DNA from: Batkoa obscura
Lineage: Eukaryota
Assembly: GCA_030770535.1 (NCBI GenBank)
Contig: JASVEC010000018.1
Span: forward strand, 1-64,000
Length of the DNA stretch: 64,000 nucleotides
Reading direction: 5' to 3'
Of this stretch, positions 22,859-35,694 are shown piece after piece. The translations under genes were made by a program, and so were the position numbers. The notes under the pieces were generated by a model, which worked only from the letters and a program-made list of their open reading frames with translations, did not search any database and was not told where the DNA came from. Each line of letters starts with the position of its first letter. Position 1 is the stretch's first letter.

Positions 22859-23791
22859 TATAAAATATCGCTTTGTCAGCTCTATGATTGAGTATAGCAT
22901 GATAATCACTTAAGTTGCTATGCTCTCAAGTTTAGAGACGATTAATTCCATGCTCTTGTTTTGATTTGCTATGAGGGTTTCTGCCATATGATTCCGAAGG
23001 ACATTATCTCTCCGTTTTGATATCCATACTTGTTGGAGTATAAAAGAAATCCTAGAACATAGTAACTCAAGGCTTTTTAACTGAATTATTCCCTGATATT
23101 TCTGTGAAATCTGGTACTCAGGGTTTGGAGTCAAGAACAGCTATTGCTGGGTTGACTACACTATAAGTTGAAAGGTCTTAGTTTATGTGACTAAGATAGA
23201 CTTGGGTTATGAGAAATAGCACGTAATAGGTTACAAGCTATATAAGACAAATAGGATAGACAATACTAATGCAAAACCCATGTAAAATACTATTAAGAAA
23301 ACTTAGTGGCTTTATTAAATGTTCGAGATATCAGGGAATAATTCAGTTAAAAAGCCTAGAGCTATTATGTTTTAGAATCTCTTTTATACTCCGATAACTA
23401 TAAATATCGAAACGAGGGGAGAATATTCTTTGAGACGAAGATAGAAATTCTCATATTAAATCAAACTAAGAGCATGGGATTGATTTTCTCTGAGCTCGAG
23501 AACACAACAGCTTAGGCGATTGTTATGTTATAATTAACCATGGGACTGACAAAGCGATATTTCACATTTCGTACTTTTAATAAGCTCACTAAGTCTTTCT
23601 GATAGTATTTTACGTATATTTACAGTATTACTGTCTATTCTGTTTGTCTTACATAGTTCATAGCCTATTAGGTGGTATTCTGCATAATTCAAGTCCATCT
23701 TAGTCACATAAACTAAGACCTTTCGACTTACAGTATAGTCAACTAAGCAATAATTGCTGTTGACTCCAATCACTGAGTACTAGATTTCACA
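22859..23791 (+). mobile_element. Solo-LTR-like element interrupted by a nested copy of the same family
   Basis: Left half 22859-23102 (TATAAAATATCG, a G>A-decayed TGTGAAATATCG) and right half 23571-23791 ending ATTTCACA are colinear with the 21598 copy. Confidence 0.88.
23103..23566 (-). mobile_element. Nested inverted solo-LTR-like element, 464 bp, 4-bp TSD TTTC
   Basis: TGTGAAAT...ATTTCACA with TTTC at 23099-23102 and 23567-23570. Confidence 0.92.
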
Positions 23792-23875
23792 AAACAGATA
23801 TAATTTTAAAAAAATATTAAAAACATAAAATACTAAGAAATCTTTATATTTTATTAAATATGAAATAAACCATAT

Positions 23876-23974
23876 GAGGATATGTCTTTTTGTCTAAGAA
23901 TTTTACTAACAATTTTTCCACTCAAATAAGCGTTTAAAAGATGGAAAAACAATAAAACCAAAAAAAACATCTCC
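23876..23974 (+). mobile_element. ~97-bp MITE copy, ATAT TSD
   Basis: GAGGATAT...ACATCTCC flanked by ATAT/ATAT. Confidence 0.85.
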
Positions 23975-24172
23975 ATATTATTATAGAGTATTTGATAGAT
24001 TAAAAATAATAATATAAATCTAATTGAAGTTTTAAAGTCTATAAGAAACAGAGATTAAAAAACTAACCTTAGCATTCATCTTATAATAATAATAATAATA
24101 ATAAATTGAAAAATTGCAATATTTATTAAGCAGGCGAGTGTTTTATTAAATGATGAAAATAAATCCTTAAAT

Positions 24173-24267
24173 GGGGATGTTTTTAGGCTTTGTTACTTTT
24201 CTATCTTTAAGCGTTATTTGAGTGGAGAGATTGTTAATAAAATTCTTAAATACGAAAATACATCCCC
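24173..24267 (-). mobile_element. ~97-bp MITE copy, AAAT TSD
   Basis: GGGGATGT...ACATCCCC perfect 8-bp TIR flanked by AAAT/AAAT. Confidence 0.9.
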
Positions 24268-24744
24268 AAATGTTAATATTACTTAAATTATTAATAACTA
24301 AGTTAATATATAATTAAAGAGCAGATAGTTGTAATAATAAATAAAAATAGACAACCATAGTTTTATGGCTAACTACTCCCTTATATACAGCTATTTATTA
24401 ACTTAATAATATATTGATAATTCGTAGCTGTGTCAGATCAGATCAAACACTATTGGTTTTTAATAAGAGATTTATTTTTGTAAAATTTTAAGCAAAGTTT
24501 TTAAAGTATATATTTAAAAATTGGATAAAAAAATGAAACCAATTTGGACATCCCCATGTAGTGTAACATCATCTTTGTCTTAGTATTTAATAATTTTCAT
24601 TATTCCACATTATAAAAGTAGAATAAACATAAAAAGAATGCTTTTTTGTTTAATTGATAGATTTATTAAATGAAAGCTCAATACTAAAGTTTTATGTTGA
24701 TAAATTTTAAATATGATACTTTATTAAGAGAAGAAAATAACACT

Positions 24745-27470
24745 TTAACCAACCTTTTTAATCAATTGATCAACAACACTAAATAGTTAACAAATGTATT
24801 TTAAAAAAACTACTATAATTTACCTTGGATCAGCAACTGTACTAAGATCACCTATTTCTTTAGCTTCACCAGCTACGATCTTTCTTAAAATTCTTCTGAT
24901 AATTTTACCAGAGCGTGTTTTAGGTAAATCTTCAGTAATAATGATTTTCTTAGGTGCTGCAAATGGTCCAATGTTCTTTCTTACGCCAGCTACAAATTCT
25001 TTAATTAAATCAGCTTCTGGTGTTTTAATATCTGGTTTAAGTGTAACAAAGGCACAAATTGCTTGTCCAGTTACTGGGTCTGCAATACCAACAACGGCTG
25101 CTTCAGCAACAGAACCGTTAAGAATCAAAGCAGATTCAATTTCAGAGGTACTTAAACGATGGCCAGAGACGTTGATAACATCTTATTAAATTAATAATCT
25201 TAATTTTAATATAAATATATATCTATTACCATCAACTCTACCACGAATCCATATGTAACCATCCTTATCTCTTGTTGCGCCATCACCAGTGAAATAAAAT
25301 CCTAATAAAAATATTTATAAATACTGATATTATACTGTAATATTATTATATTACCATCATAAACTTTAAGATAAGCTTCCATATATCTTTTATGATCTTT
25401 AAATACAGTACGAGTGATAGATGGCCATGGGTTTCTAACTGCAAGTACTCCAGTCACATCGTTTCCAAGAAGTTCTTCACCAGTATGAGCATCTAAAATC
25501 ACAGGGTCAATACCAAAGAATGGGAAAGTGGCAGATCCTGGCTTAGTACGTACTGCTCCAGGAAGTGGCGTAATGATAATAGAACCTGTTTCAGTTTGCC
25601 AATAAGTATCAACAACTGCACACTGTCCTTTACCAACTTTAAGATTATACCAATCCCAAGCCTAAAATTGATGGTTTAATTATTTTTCAGGTATTTTTTA
25701 GTTAAATTACCTCTGGGTTGATTGGTTCACCTACACTACCAATAACACGGAGAGAAGATAAATCATGGCCTTCTACCCATGAATCTCCTAAACGTCTTAA
25801 AGCACGGATAGCAGTGGGTGAGGTATAAAATTGAGTTATTTTATGGTCTTCTACCATTTTCCTAATCAAATAAGTTAATATCTCTAAGTCATCATTCATT
25901 AATAATATACCAATAACGAGAAGCATTTGGATAGGTAGGAACACTTTCAAATACAACAGTTGTAAGTCCTAAAGCAAGTGGGCCATATGTAAGGTAGGAA
26001 TGGCCAGTAATCCATCTAAAATAAAATTAATTAAATAATTGTTACTAAATAAAATTAATTACCCGATATCTGCAGTACATCCAAATACATCCCCCTCATG
26101 ACAATCAAATACATATTTTGTTGTTGCTGCAGCACCTAAAAGGTACCCAGCAGTGGTATGTACAACGCCTTTTGGAGTTCCAGTACTAAATAACTTAGTT
26201 TTAATTTGATGTACATATTAAAATAGCTACCTTCCAGAAGTATATAACAAAAATAGTGGATCTTCTGCATTTACTGCTACAGGGGGGCAATTAGCTTCAT
26301 GTTTAAGCTAAATAAATAACAGTTTAATGAAATATATAATGTTTTTATAATATGATTACTAATTCTTCATTCCACCATTTATCACGTGGTGATTGAAATG
26401 GTACAGAAACGTTTCCAGTTCTTTTGAATACAAGAACATTCTAATTAAACATTTAAATTTAAATTCAAATTTAAATATTGATTTACTTACTTCAATAGTT
26501 GGGCAAGTTAATACAGCTTCGTCTGCGATCTTTTTGAGGTCAATTACTTTGGAACCTCTTTTACCTTGATCAGCGGTGATGAGTACTTTTGACTCAGCAT
26601 GGCGTATACGATCCCCTAATGAACTAGCAGAGAAACCAGCAAAGATCAATCTAATTTAATGAGTAAATATAGTATATAATAATATCGAAGTAATTAATTA
26701 CGAATGCAATACACCAATTCTAGCACATGCTAACACTGAAGCAAGTGCTTCAGGTACCATAGGAAGGTAGATAGCAACAGTATCTCCTTTTTTCAAACCA
26801 TAGGATAAAAGTACATTTGCTAAACGAGATACCATATCTTTCAATTCTCCATAAGTTACTTTATAACCCTGACCAGGCTCATCTGCTTCATAAATAATAG
26901 CAATCTACAAAAATGATAATTAATAATTTGATCCTATTATTTTAGAGTCATTACCTTATCTGGATTTTTTTCAGCATGACGATCAACACAATTATAACTG
27001 GCATTTAAAGTACCATCGGCAAACCAGGTAACGTTACCTTCTTTTAAAGAACTAAATTATTTTTCAGTACAATAAAGCAATATTTTAAATTTTAACATAC
27101 CCTTCAAGAACTTTAGTAAATGGTTTATCCCAGCTTAATAATTCTTTTGCTTTCTATAATTTTAAAGATTAACTTATATTATAATAAAAAATATTAAAGT
27201 AATTACCTCTCCCCAGAATTTATTTGGATTAGTTATACTTTCTTTATGTTCAGTTTGGTAATGTTCAAAGGAAGAAAAGTGTGGTTTTGGATATTTGGTA
27301 GCATCAAATAATCTTGATGGTACATCATGAATAGGATCTGGGTCAGATAAACCCTCTGGAGGATGAGAAGCAAATGATTTTGTTACTTCTTCCATCTGCT
27401 CTTGTTTGGCAGGTGGTAAATGTGGTGGGTGAATAGTAGGATTTGCTAATTCTTTCTCAGTTGTCATCAT
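24745..27470 (-). CDS. ACS: Acetyl-CoA synthetase, many short introns
   Basis: [77 protein letters not shown]. Confidence 0.97.
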
Positions 27471-28635
27471 CTTTAATTTCTTTTTCATAAACAAAGTTTT
27501 TTTATTAAAATGTAATGCTTTGTTTTTATATTATTCTATTCATATTATGTCTGATGATTAAAATAACTCTATATTTAGTCACGAGAATTGACTTGTATTA
27601 TGCCCTTTAGTTCTATCCAATTAAAATCATTGTGCGCCAATTTAAATGATTATGTGGTGATATTGGTTTTACTGATTTACACAATCATTTGTATTAACTT
27701 TATTCCCACGGTATATAATTTATAAATTGACTCATAAATCTAATCATCTATCAAATTGTAGTCAACCATAAAATAAATACAGCCAATCAAAAAAATTATT
27801 GATGTATCCCCTTAAATTAAAGCATTTAAATAAAATTAGGGGAGAAGAAACTAATTGTTTTTCCATACAAAAAGAATGAAAATTTAAAAATAACATATTA
27901 CTTTATATAGATAATAACATCGAATCATTTTTATACAAGTAATAATAAGCTAATAGTTAATCTAATAATTTTATTATCTTATCAAAAAAAAGTGTGATTA
28001 AAACATTTGACTTGAATTATTATTAAATAATAAGAATAAATAATTATTTATGCATCTCAACTCATTATACTTGTTATAGATAAGTGTAATAATGTATATT
28101 ATAAAGTTTATTAGTAGGTAAAAGTGTATTTACTATGTTAATATATATTATAATAAGCTATTTATATAATAGTTTAGTTATTATGTCTTTAAATTTATAG
28201 TTACTTTGTGCATAAAACTAACGATTTTTTTGTATTCTTGTAAGAATAATATAGCTACTCCAAGTGTTTCTTTAATAAATATTTACCAACTCTATTTAAG
28301 GAATAAGAGAAAAAGGCCAAAACATTAGCATCTTACGCCTAGGTTTATTAGATGATATATATGGTCCAAAACCAGGGAGTCAAAACTACTATTTCAAAAT
28401 ATAATTATAAAAAAAATAACTTAAGATATGAAAAAAGGATAAAAAAAATAAAACAGGTAACTCATGTTTCTTATATTATAAAAAATAACAACTAATTTTA
28501 TACAAAATAAGTTTTAAACATTAATTGTGTTATTTTTATTTTTTTTTCATTTCAAAAAAAACAATTTGATAATTGATTTCCAAATTCTAAATTTGAAAAA
28601 ATAGCAGCTTGAACTTTAAATAACAGTACTTAACT

Positions 28636-30000
28636 ATGGCTTGGGGGAAAAAAGATGATACTATCCAAGTAGTGGAAAACTGGGTAAAACGGCTTATTTC
28701 AAATGATTCCACACTTAGATCTTTACATTTGTTAAGTTTTCGAAAATTAACACAAACTCAATTAATAACGATTTTTAATTCTATTACCAACAATATTCAT
28801 TTAACCGAATTCTATTGTTTTGGTCAAGAGTTAAGTAAAGAAGCTATCTTAGCTATGGCCAGCTGTCTCACTTCAAATACTCACTTAAAGTTTATTAGTT
28901 TTGGTAACTCGAAGTTTGGAGAAGATATTGAAAATTTAAACATTTATTTTGATGCTTTAAAACAATTTCAAGGTAAAGATGGTATTGAAATAGATTTATC
29001 TAATTTAAATTTACAAAAAAGTAGTCAAAATAGTTTAATCCATTTATTAAAATTTCAAAAGTATATTAAATCGTTGAATTTAAGTTATAATCAATTAGAT
29101 GATGAATTAGTTCAACAGTTAGTAATTGCAATAAAAAGTAATTCAGAAGCAAAATTTCCATTAAAAATTGATTTAAGTGGTAATAGTTTAACTCTAATAG
29201 ACTTATTTTTTCAACCCTTTGAAGTAGCTGACTTGTTCATCGAGGAAGTAACTTTGGTTGATGTTCAATTCACTCATTTAGAAATAATTAATGTTTTAAA
29301 TTCAATTAAAAATAATACTCATATTAAAGGATTAAGGTTAGCAACTTTAGAAGATATAGAGAATCCAAAAGGAATTAATATGATAGAGGATAGCATAAAT
29401 GTAATGAAGGTACTATTTGAGTTTTTAGAAGTAAATGGTAAAAATGGAATACTTTCAGACTTAGAAATATCTGGTGTTGATTTAGGACAATACATTACAA
29501 GGACCATGTCAATTAATAATCATAATTTAGTTAATTTGAAATTCCGTCGATGTGGAATTAAAGATGAATCAAGTATCAATCTAATTCAAGATTTAGCTAG
29601 ATATTGTAATAATTTAAGTAGTATAGATTTAGGTTTAAATGAAGTAACTGATACTACGTTTTATAACAGTTTAATCCATTTTCAACATATCAAAAAATTA
29701 GTATTTATAAATAATAATATTGAATTTAATGATGAGTTAGTAAATGATTTATTAAAGGATCCTAGTTTATTACAATCTAAATTAGAAGTACTAGATTTAA
29801 ATGTTAATAAGATAAATGAAATAGGATTAAACAATTTATCAACTTTATTAAAAACAAAAGTAAATGATTTATTTTTATTACCAAATTTAAAAAGTTTAGA
29901 AATATGTGGCAATCCAGTTTGTAAACAGCAGTCTATTGTATTAGATTTTGTTGCAGAGATGAAAATAATAAGACAAAATATTGTTATGACTTGGAAATAA
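28636..30000 (+). CDS. Leucine-rich repeat (RNI-like) protein
   Basis: Intronless 454 aa with repeated LxxLxLxxN motifs (IKSLNLSYNQL, LEVLDLNVNKI, LKSLEICGNP). Confidence 0.85.
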   Translation: MAWGKKDDTIQVVENWVKRLISNDSTLRSLHLLSFRKLTQTQLITIFNSITNNIHLTEFYCFGQELSKEAILAMASCLTSNTHLKFISFGNSKFGEDIENLNIYFDALKQFQGKDGIEIDLSNLNLQKSSQNSLIHLLKFQKYIKSLNLSYNQLDDELVQQLVIAIKSNSEAKFPLKIDLSGNSLTLIDLFFQPFEVADLFIEEVTLVDVQFTHLEIINVLNSIKNNTHIKGLRLATLEDIENPKGINMIEDSINVMKVLFEFLEVNGKNGILSDLEISGVDLGQYITRTMSINNHNLVNLKFRRCGIKDESSINLIQDLARYCNNLSSIDLGLNEVTDTTFYNSLIHFQHIKKLVFINNNIEFNDELVNDLLKDPSLLQSKLEVLDLNVNKINEIGLNNLSTLLKTKVNDLFLLPNLKSLEICGNPVCKQQSIVLDFVAEMKIIRQNIVMTWK

Positions 30001-30027
30001 AGAATAGAAATAAAATATAGAAGTAAT

Positions 30028-30213
30028 TTACATGTTATCACCCAATTGTTTATTAATTTTCTTTTGTCTCATATCTTTTCTACGATGATTACTTATTTTT
30101 GCTTTATTATGTTCTTTATAAGCTTTACTTTGATTGGATTTATTATTTGTATTTTTATTTGAATTATTATTATTATTATCTACTTTATTATTATTATTAT
30201 TATTATTATCTAC

Positions 30214-30249
<36 letters not shown>

Positions 30250-32237
30250 TTGTTGAATATTATTTTGAGATATTGACTCTAATCCATATATCTTTTCTAA
30301 TTTTTTTAATCTAAATGGCTCTCTATGAATCATTGTTGCCCAACCTTCAATTTGTTCATCACTCATATTAGTACTATTTCTAAGTTGAACTCGATCTTTA
30401 GATTTTCTAGCTTCTTTATCTCTACTAAATATCTTAGGATTAGATGAATAAAAACTATATAATAAAGATTGATGTTGTTCAGTAGGATCATCTAATTGAC
30501 TATTATCAGTTGTAATTGATTTAATATTTAAATCATCTTCTTCATCAAATTCATCATCATATTGGTCATAACTTAAATTTATAATATTATATTTTAATGA
30601 AGGTGTTATTTTGTTTTCATAATTAATTAAAGTATCATTTGTTTGTTTTTGATATATTCCTTTGGGAATTTGATTATTATTATTATTATTATTTGAAAAT
30701 ATATCAAATTCATCATTATCATGAATATTTCTTCTTGATGATAATATACTCGTTTCATTTTTATTTTCAATTACTTTTTCCCTAATAAAATAATTTAATT
30801 AAAGTTCAATAATTTAGTAATAACTTACTCTTCCATATTTCTATCTAATTCTTTTAATTCTTTAGGAAGTTCATTTTCAAGTAATCTCATAATTAAAATT
30901 TCGTTATCAAAATTATAATACTTTAAACATTTTTTGATAAAACCGTTTGATAAATCTGGAAATATTTCTTGAATTTGAGATATTTTAGATTCAAGCACAC
31001 CATCTTCTAAATTAAAAGTATCCGTATTCTATATATTATTATTAATACATGTTATTATATTATATTAAAAATTATTTACCTTATGTAAACTAATTTCATT
31101 ATTTTGTACTGTTGATGAGTATTTTGGTGGTTCATCCTCATTAGTTTCAGGTAATATTTCAATATTCTTAATTGAGTCTTTTAATAAATCAATTAAATAT
31201 TCAATCCTTGAAGAACGAGTTCTAAAATAATAATGAATTAAATGAAATATAAAATAATAATATAATAATATAATAATATAATAGTAAATGACTTACTCTA
31301 ATTCCAAGGAAGAAGATTTCATATAAATTTCACTTATTAATTGAATATATTCAAAATTTAAACTAAGATCTGAAAATAATGAAGCATTAATTAATGAGTA
31401 AATTGGTATATTCGGATCATTAATATTATTTTGAGAAAATTTAATTAAAAGATTATAAAATTGATCAAATATTGTAATTCTTTTTTGTTTTGATATATCT
31501 GAATCTAAAATTGGCTCAATAAAATTAAATGTAATACAACTATTAACTAGTTTTAAATATTTCTTTTTAGTTTGAATTGTTTCATTAACATCTACATCAC
31601 TTGAAAATAACTTTGATATAGCTGGATATAATCCCATTAAAGTTGATATAAATTCATTTGTTGAATTATACCAAGAACATATCTTTCTATTTAAATTGAA
31701 TACAATGAACAAACTATGACTTAAATCTTTGATTAAATTTAAAACAAATATTTTGAAGTTAAATTGCTCCTCTTGTTTTAATTTCAAATATGTTCCTTTT
31801 TCTAATCTCTTTAACAATAATCTTAAATAATCAACTATTTCTGCTCTTGAATTAATAAAACTAACTTCTAATTCTGTAAATTTGGTTAAAAAGTTCTCCA
31901 GTATAGTTTGAACAAGCTGTTGATTTTTTTCCACAAACAAGGTAATAAAATCAAAAAGCAAAGGAACTGAAGGGATAAAAAGATGAATAGGTTTACCTTT
32001 TAATAAAGATAAATCAATATTACTCCATCTATAAACAATTAAAAACAAATATTTATTAATTAAATTTAAATAACTATTCTGTGCTGTCTGTATTAAATCA
32101 CTACAACTATATTCAATCACTTGAAAAAATTTATTATCTTCTATAAAAAGATTAATAAATTCTTCTTCATTAATTGTTAATACTTTAATTAACTTGGCTT
32201 TTAAAATTGTTGCTTCGTCACTGGAAAACTGAATCAT
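30028..32237 (-). CDS. CUE3: CUE-domain ribosome quality-control protein, ASCC2/Cue3-like, multi-exon
   Basis: CUE domain (ISQIQEIFPDLSNGFIKKCLKYY...RLLE), YDDEFDE, MSDEQIEGWA, C-terminal NKAKISNHRRK. Confidence 0.85.
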
Positions 32238-32355
32238 TTTAATCTAAGATAGAAATAAAAATCTGGTTTTTACAAATTATTTATACTAAAAAAACTCGCA
32301 GTAAATGAAACTAAGAATTGCTTTTTTAATAAACTAAGCAACAAGTAAAAAGGTT

Positions 32356-33780
32356 ATGGAACAAAAGAATAAAGATGTTTTTAAACAGCTAAAAGTACTA
32401 CGTAAAAAATTCAACTATGTTTCAACTTTAGATTATTATTTGAAGCTTATAAATAAGGATCTATTTAAGCATACTATCAATTATAAGTATTATTTTCAAA
32501 ATCTGTTTATTGTGTCCAATAATATCAATATAAATAGAGTAAATATAAGTGAAGATGTAATAATATCAATTCCAGAAACAATAAAACATAATCAAACAAA
32601 AGTATTCAAATTTAGTTTTATTGAAATAATCTAATCTAATAAATAAAAGTTAGTGGAATATTTAAAAACAGAATTAATTAAAAATAAACACATTTTAAGT
32701 GTACTTAATCATGAAAACAAGGTATTTAGGTTTTTTAATAATATTACAAATAAATTAAAGAATTAAGAATGAAATAAATAAGGATATAAATAATAATATT
32801 CGAACTCAAGTTTTAACTTCAAAACCATGGTCCTGGTTATTAAATAAGTAATATTTATTTTTATTTTTATATTAAAATAATAAAACACAATTAATTTAAT
32901 TTAGTTATTAAAAATTGAATCTATAAATTTTATTTTTAATTTTATTTTCAAATATTTAGTATTGGGTCTGACATCATGGTTTGGCTATTAACAAAAAGAA
33001 CTATTATAATTAGAATCCAAGGTTATGTAAATCAAATTGAAAATGATTTATCATTTAGACAAATTACAGGTAACTTTTAATTTTATTATTTTAAGTAATA
33101 GAAAACAAAGACTGAAGTCGGATATTTCTATTTGATATTAAATTAATAAATCATATAAAGGTCCACCATTGGATATAGAACTTGAGTTAAACAATTTGTT
33201 AGAAAATCAAAATGATAAAATAGATGGTTATGATTCACAAGTAAAAAGTAAAAACAATGAAGGTAATAAATTATAAATGTACTTATAATTATAATAAACT
33301 CATGTTAATATAATAAGTAATTTCATTAAATAAAAGAAAAAGAGTTAAAAGGGATGTTGAACTTGAAACTTTTAAACCAAGTGATATTAAATTTTTACGA
33401 ACGACTATTTTATATGGTAAAATACTTTCAAAACCAGAACTTAAAAATAGTTCAAGGATTCCAATATCATGTAAATTAATTTCATTAAGATTTATAATAT
33501 AATATAATATAATATAATTAATTTAATATAAAACAGTTTGTTTAGATAAGACTGATTATATAGATATATTAAAAAATATTTTTAGATTTGAATTTGAAGT
33601 AAGTTTTTATTTATTTATTTATTTATTTATTGTGATTTGAATTAATTATTTTTAGACAACTAATTATAAAAAAAAAATTAAATGTCATAATAAATTATTA
33701 AAAAAAATAAATAAGAATAAAGAAATATTAAAAAAAGGTAAATATTAATATAAATACATTAAAATTAATTTAAAATTTAG

Positions 33781-33835
<55 letters not shown>

Positions 33836-35624
33836 TAATAATTCAAATCAATTTAATAATACATTTATACCAAATTCATTATTAAAATTTAAATCAATAT
33901 TAAAAAAAATTATTAAAAATCATCGATATAAAGTTCAATATAATCAGTTATTTGATAATTATTGTCCAATTAACAATAATTATAATTTACCAAACAGTCA
34001 TGAACAAATATATAAATTTGTAACTAATATATTAAAAAGACTACTACCGCCTTATATTTTTGGAAATATTAAGAATTATATTATTTTTGAAAAAAATATT
34101 AAAACATTTTTGAGTGCAACTAAATATGAAGTAAATAATTTAAATAATTGGATACAAAATATCAAAATAAATGAAATAAGTTGGCTTAATTATAATTCAA
34201 GTAATATAAAATACATTATTTTTTATACAAATAATTAAGTTATTATTTTTAGATATAAATGAAATTAAAACACAACCTATAACATATAAAAAGAAACAAT
34301 TAAAATTATTATGTTCTTTTATATTATGGTTAATTAATGATATAGTTTTACCTTTAATTGGATTTAATTTTTATGTAACTGAACATCAACATATGAAATA
34401 TAAATTATGTTATTATAGATTTGATGTTTGGAATAAAATGAAACAAGAGCATAAAATTAAATTAGAAAAAGATAATATTTTTATTAAAATTAAAAGTGTA
34501 AGTTATTATTTATTATTATTTATTATTATTTATTATTATTTATAGGATGAAATTAAACAAATATGTCAAAGTAGAGGATTTGGATTCGGTTATGGTAGAT
34601 TTATACCAAAGAATGGTGGTATATTAAGATTAATAACTAATTCAAATGTAAAATCATTTGGGTATTATTTAGAGTAAATAATAATAATAATAATAATAAT
34701 AACTAATAACGATAATAAAAAATGATAGTCAACTTAAGATTAAATCAGTTAATCAAGCGTTATATAATTGTTTCTTAAGTTTAAAATGTGAAAAGAGATT
34801 TCAATTAAATAAATTTCAGGGTTCAATGTTAGGAATAACTGAAATTCATGAACAATTAAATACTTTTCTAAAAAATAATTCAAAAATAAAAACAACAAGT
34901 TCATTTTATTTCGGTAAAGTAGATATTGAACAATGTTATGATCGAATGTCACATGAGCATTTATTGAAATTAACAAATGAGTTTATATTGTCTGAAAATT
35001 ATTATTATTTTAAATTATTAACATTGAAATTAAATCAATCAAATCATAAACGATTATATATAAAAAAACATACTCAATTAGTAATTCCACAAGAAATGAA
35101 AGATTATAATATAAGTTTAAAAGATAATATTATAATCAATCAAAAATTAGATAGTATTAAAAGTAAAAAGGAGTTATTAAATGTACTTGAACAACATCTA
35201 TTAAATAATATCGTTAAGGTAATTTCATATTAAATATAATAATAAAATAGAATATTTAAATTTTTTCATTTTTTTTATTTTATTTAGTTAGATAATGATT
35301 TCTATATACAAATGAACGGAATACCACAAGGGTCTATAATATCAAGTTTATTATGTGGATTATATTATTCATTTATTCAATCTCAATTTTTAAATGAGTT
35401 CAATGACAATAATAATAATTTAATATTAAGAATGACAGATGATTTTTTAATAATATCAACAAGTAAATTAAATGTATTAAAATTTATAAAAAAAATGCAC
35501 TTGGGAATATCAAAATATGGTTGTTATATTAATCCAACAAAAACATTAACAAACTTTCAACTGCCAATTTATTTAAAAACATTAGCTTATAATAATGAAT
35601 TTTATGATTATGAAACAACAGAAG

Positions 35625-35694
<70 letters not shown>

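Noticed and set aside
22910..23773. Short ORFs (74 and 79 aa) in the LTR-like copies
   Set aside because: They span nested-insertion junctions and are not kept open in the other copies.
1284..24267. Recurrent ~97-bp repeats as a CRISPR-like array or tRNA-derived SINE
   Set aside because: They are dispersed in both orientations with TIRs and TSDs, and show no regular spacers, A/B boxes or poly-A tail.
30099..30314. Tyr-rich and other short antisense ORFs (also 54012-54329, 2912-3139, 24794-25189, 29682-30041)
   Set aside because: They are shadow frames of real genes or of AAT/AAG microsatellites.
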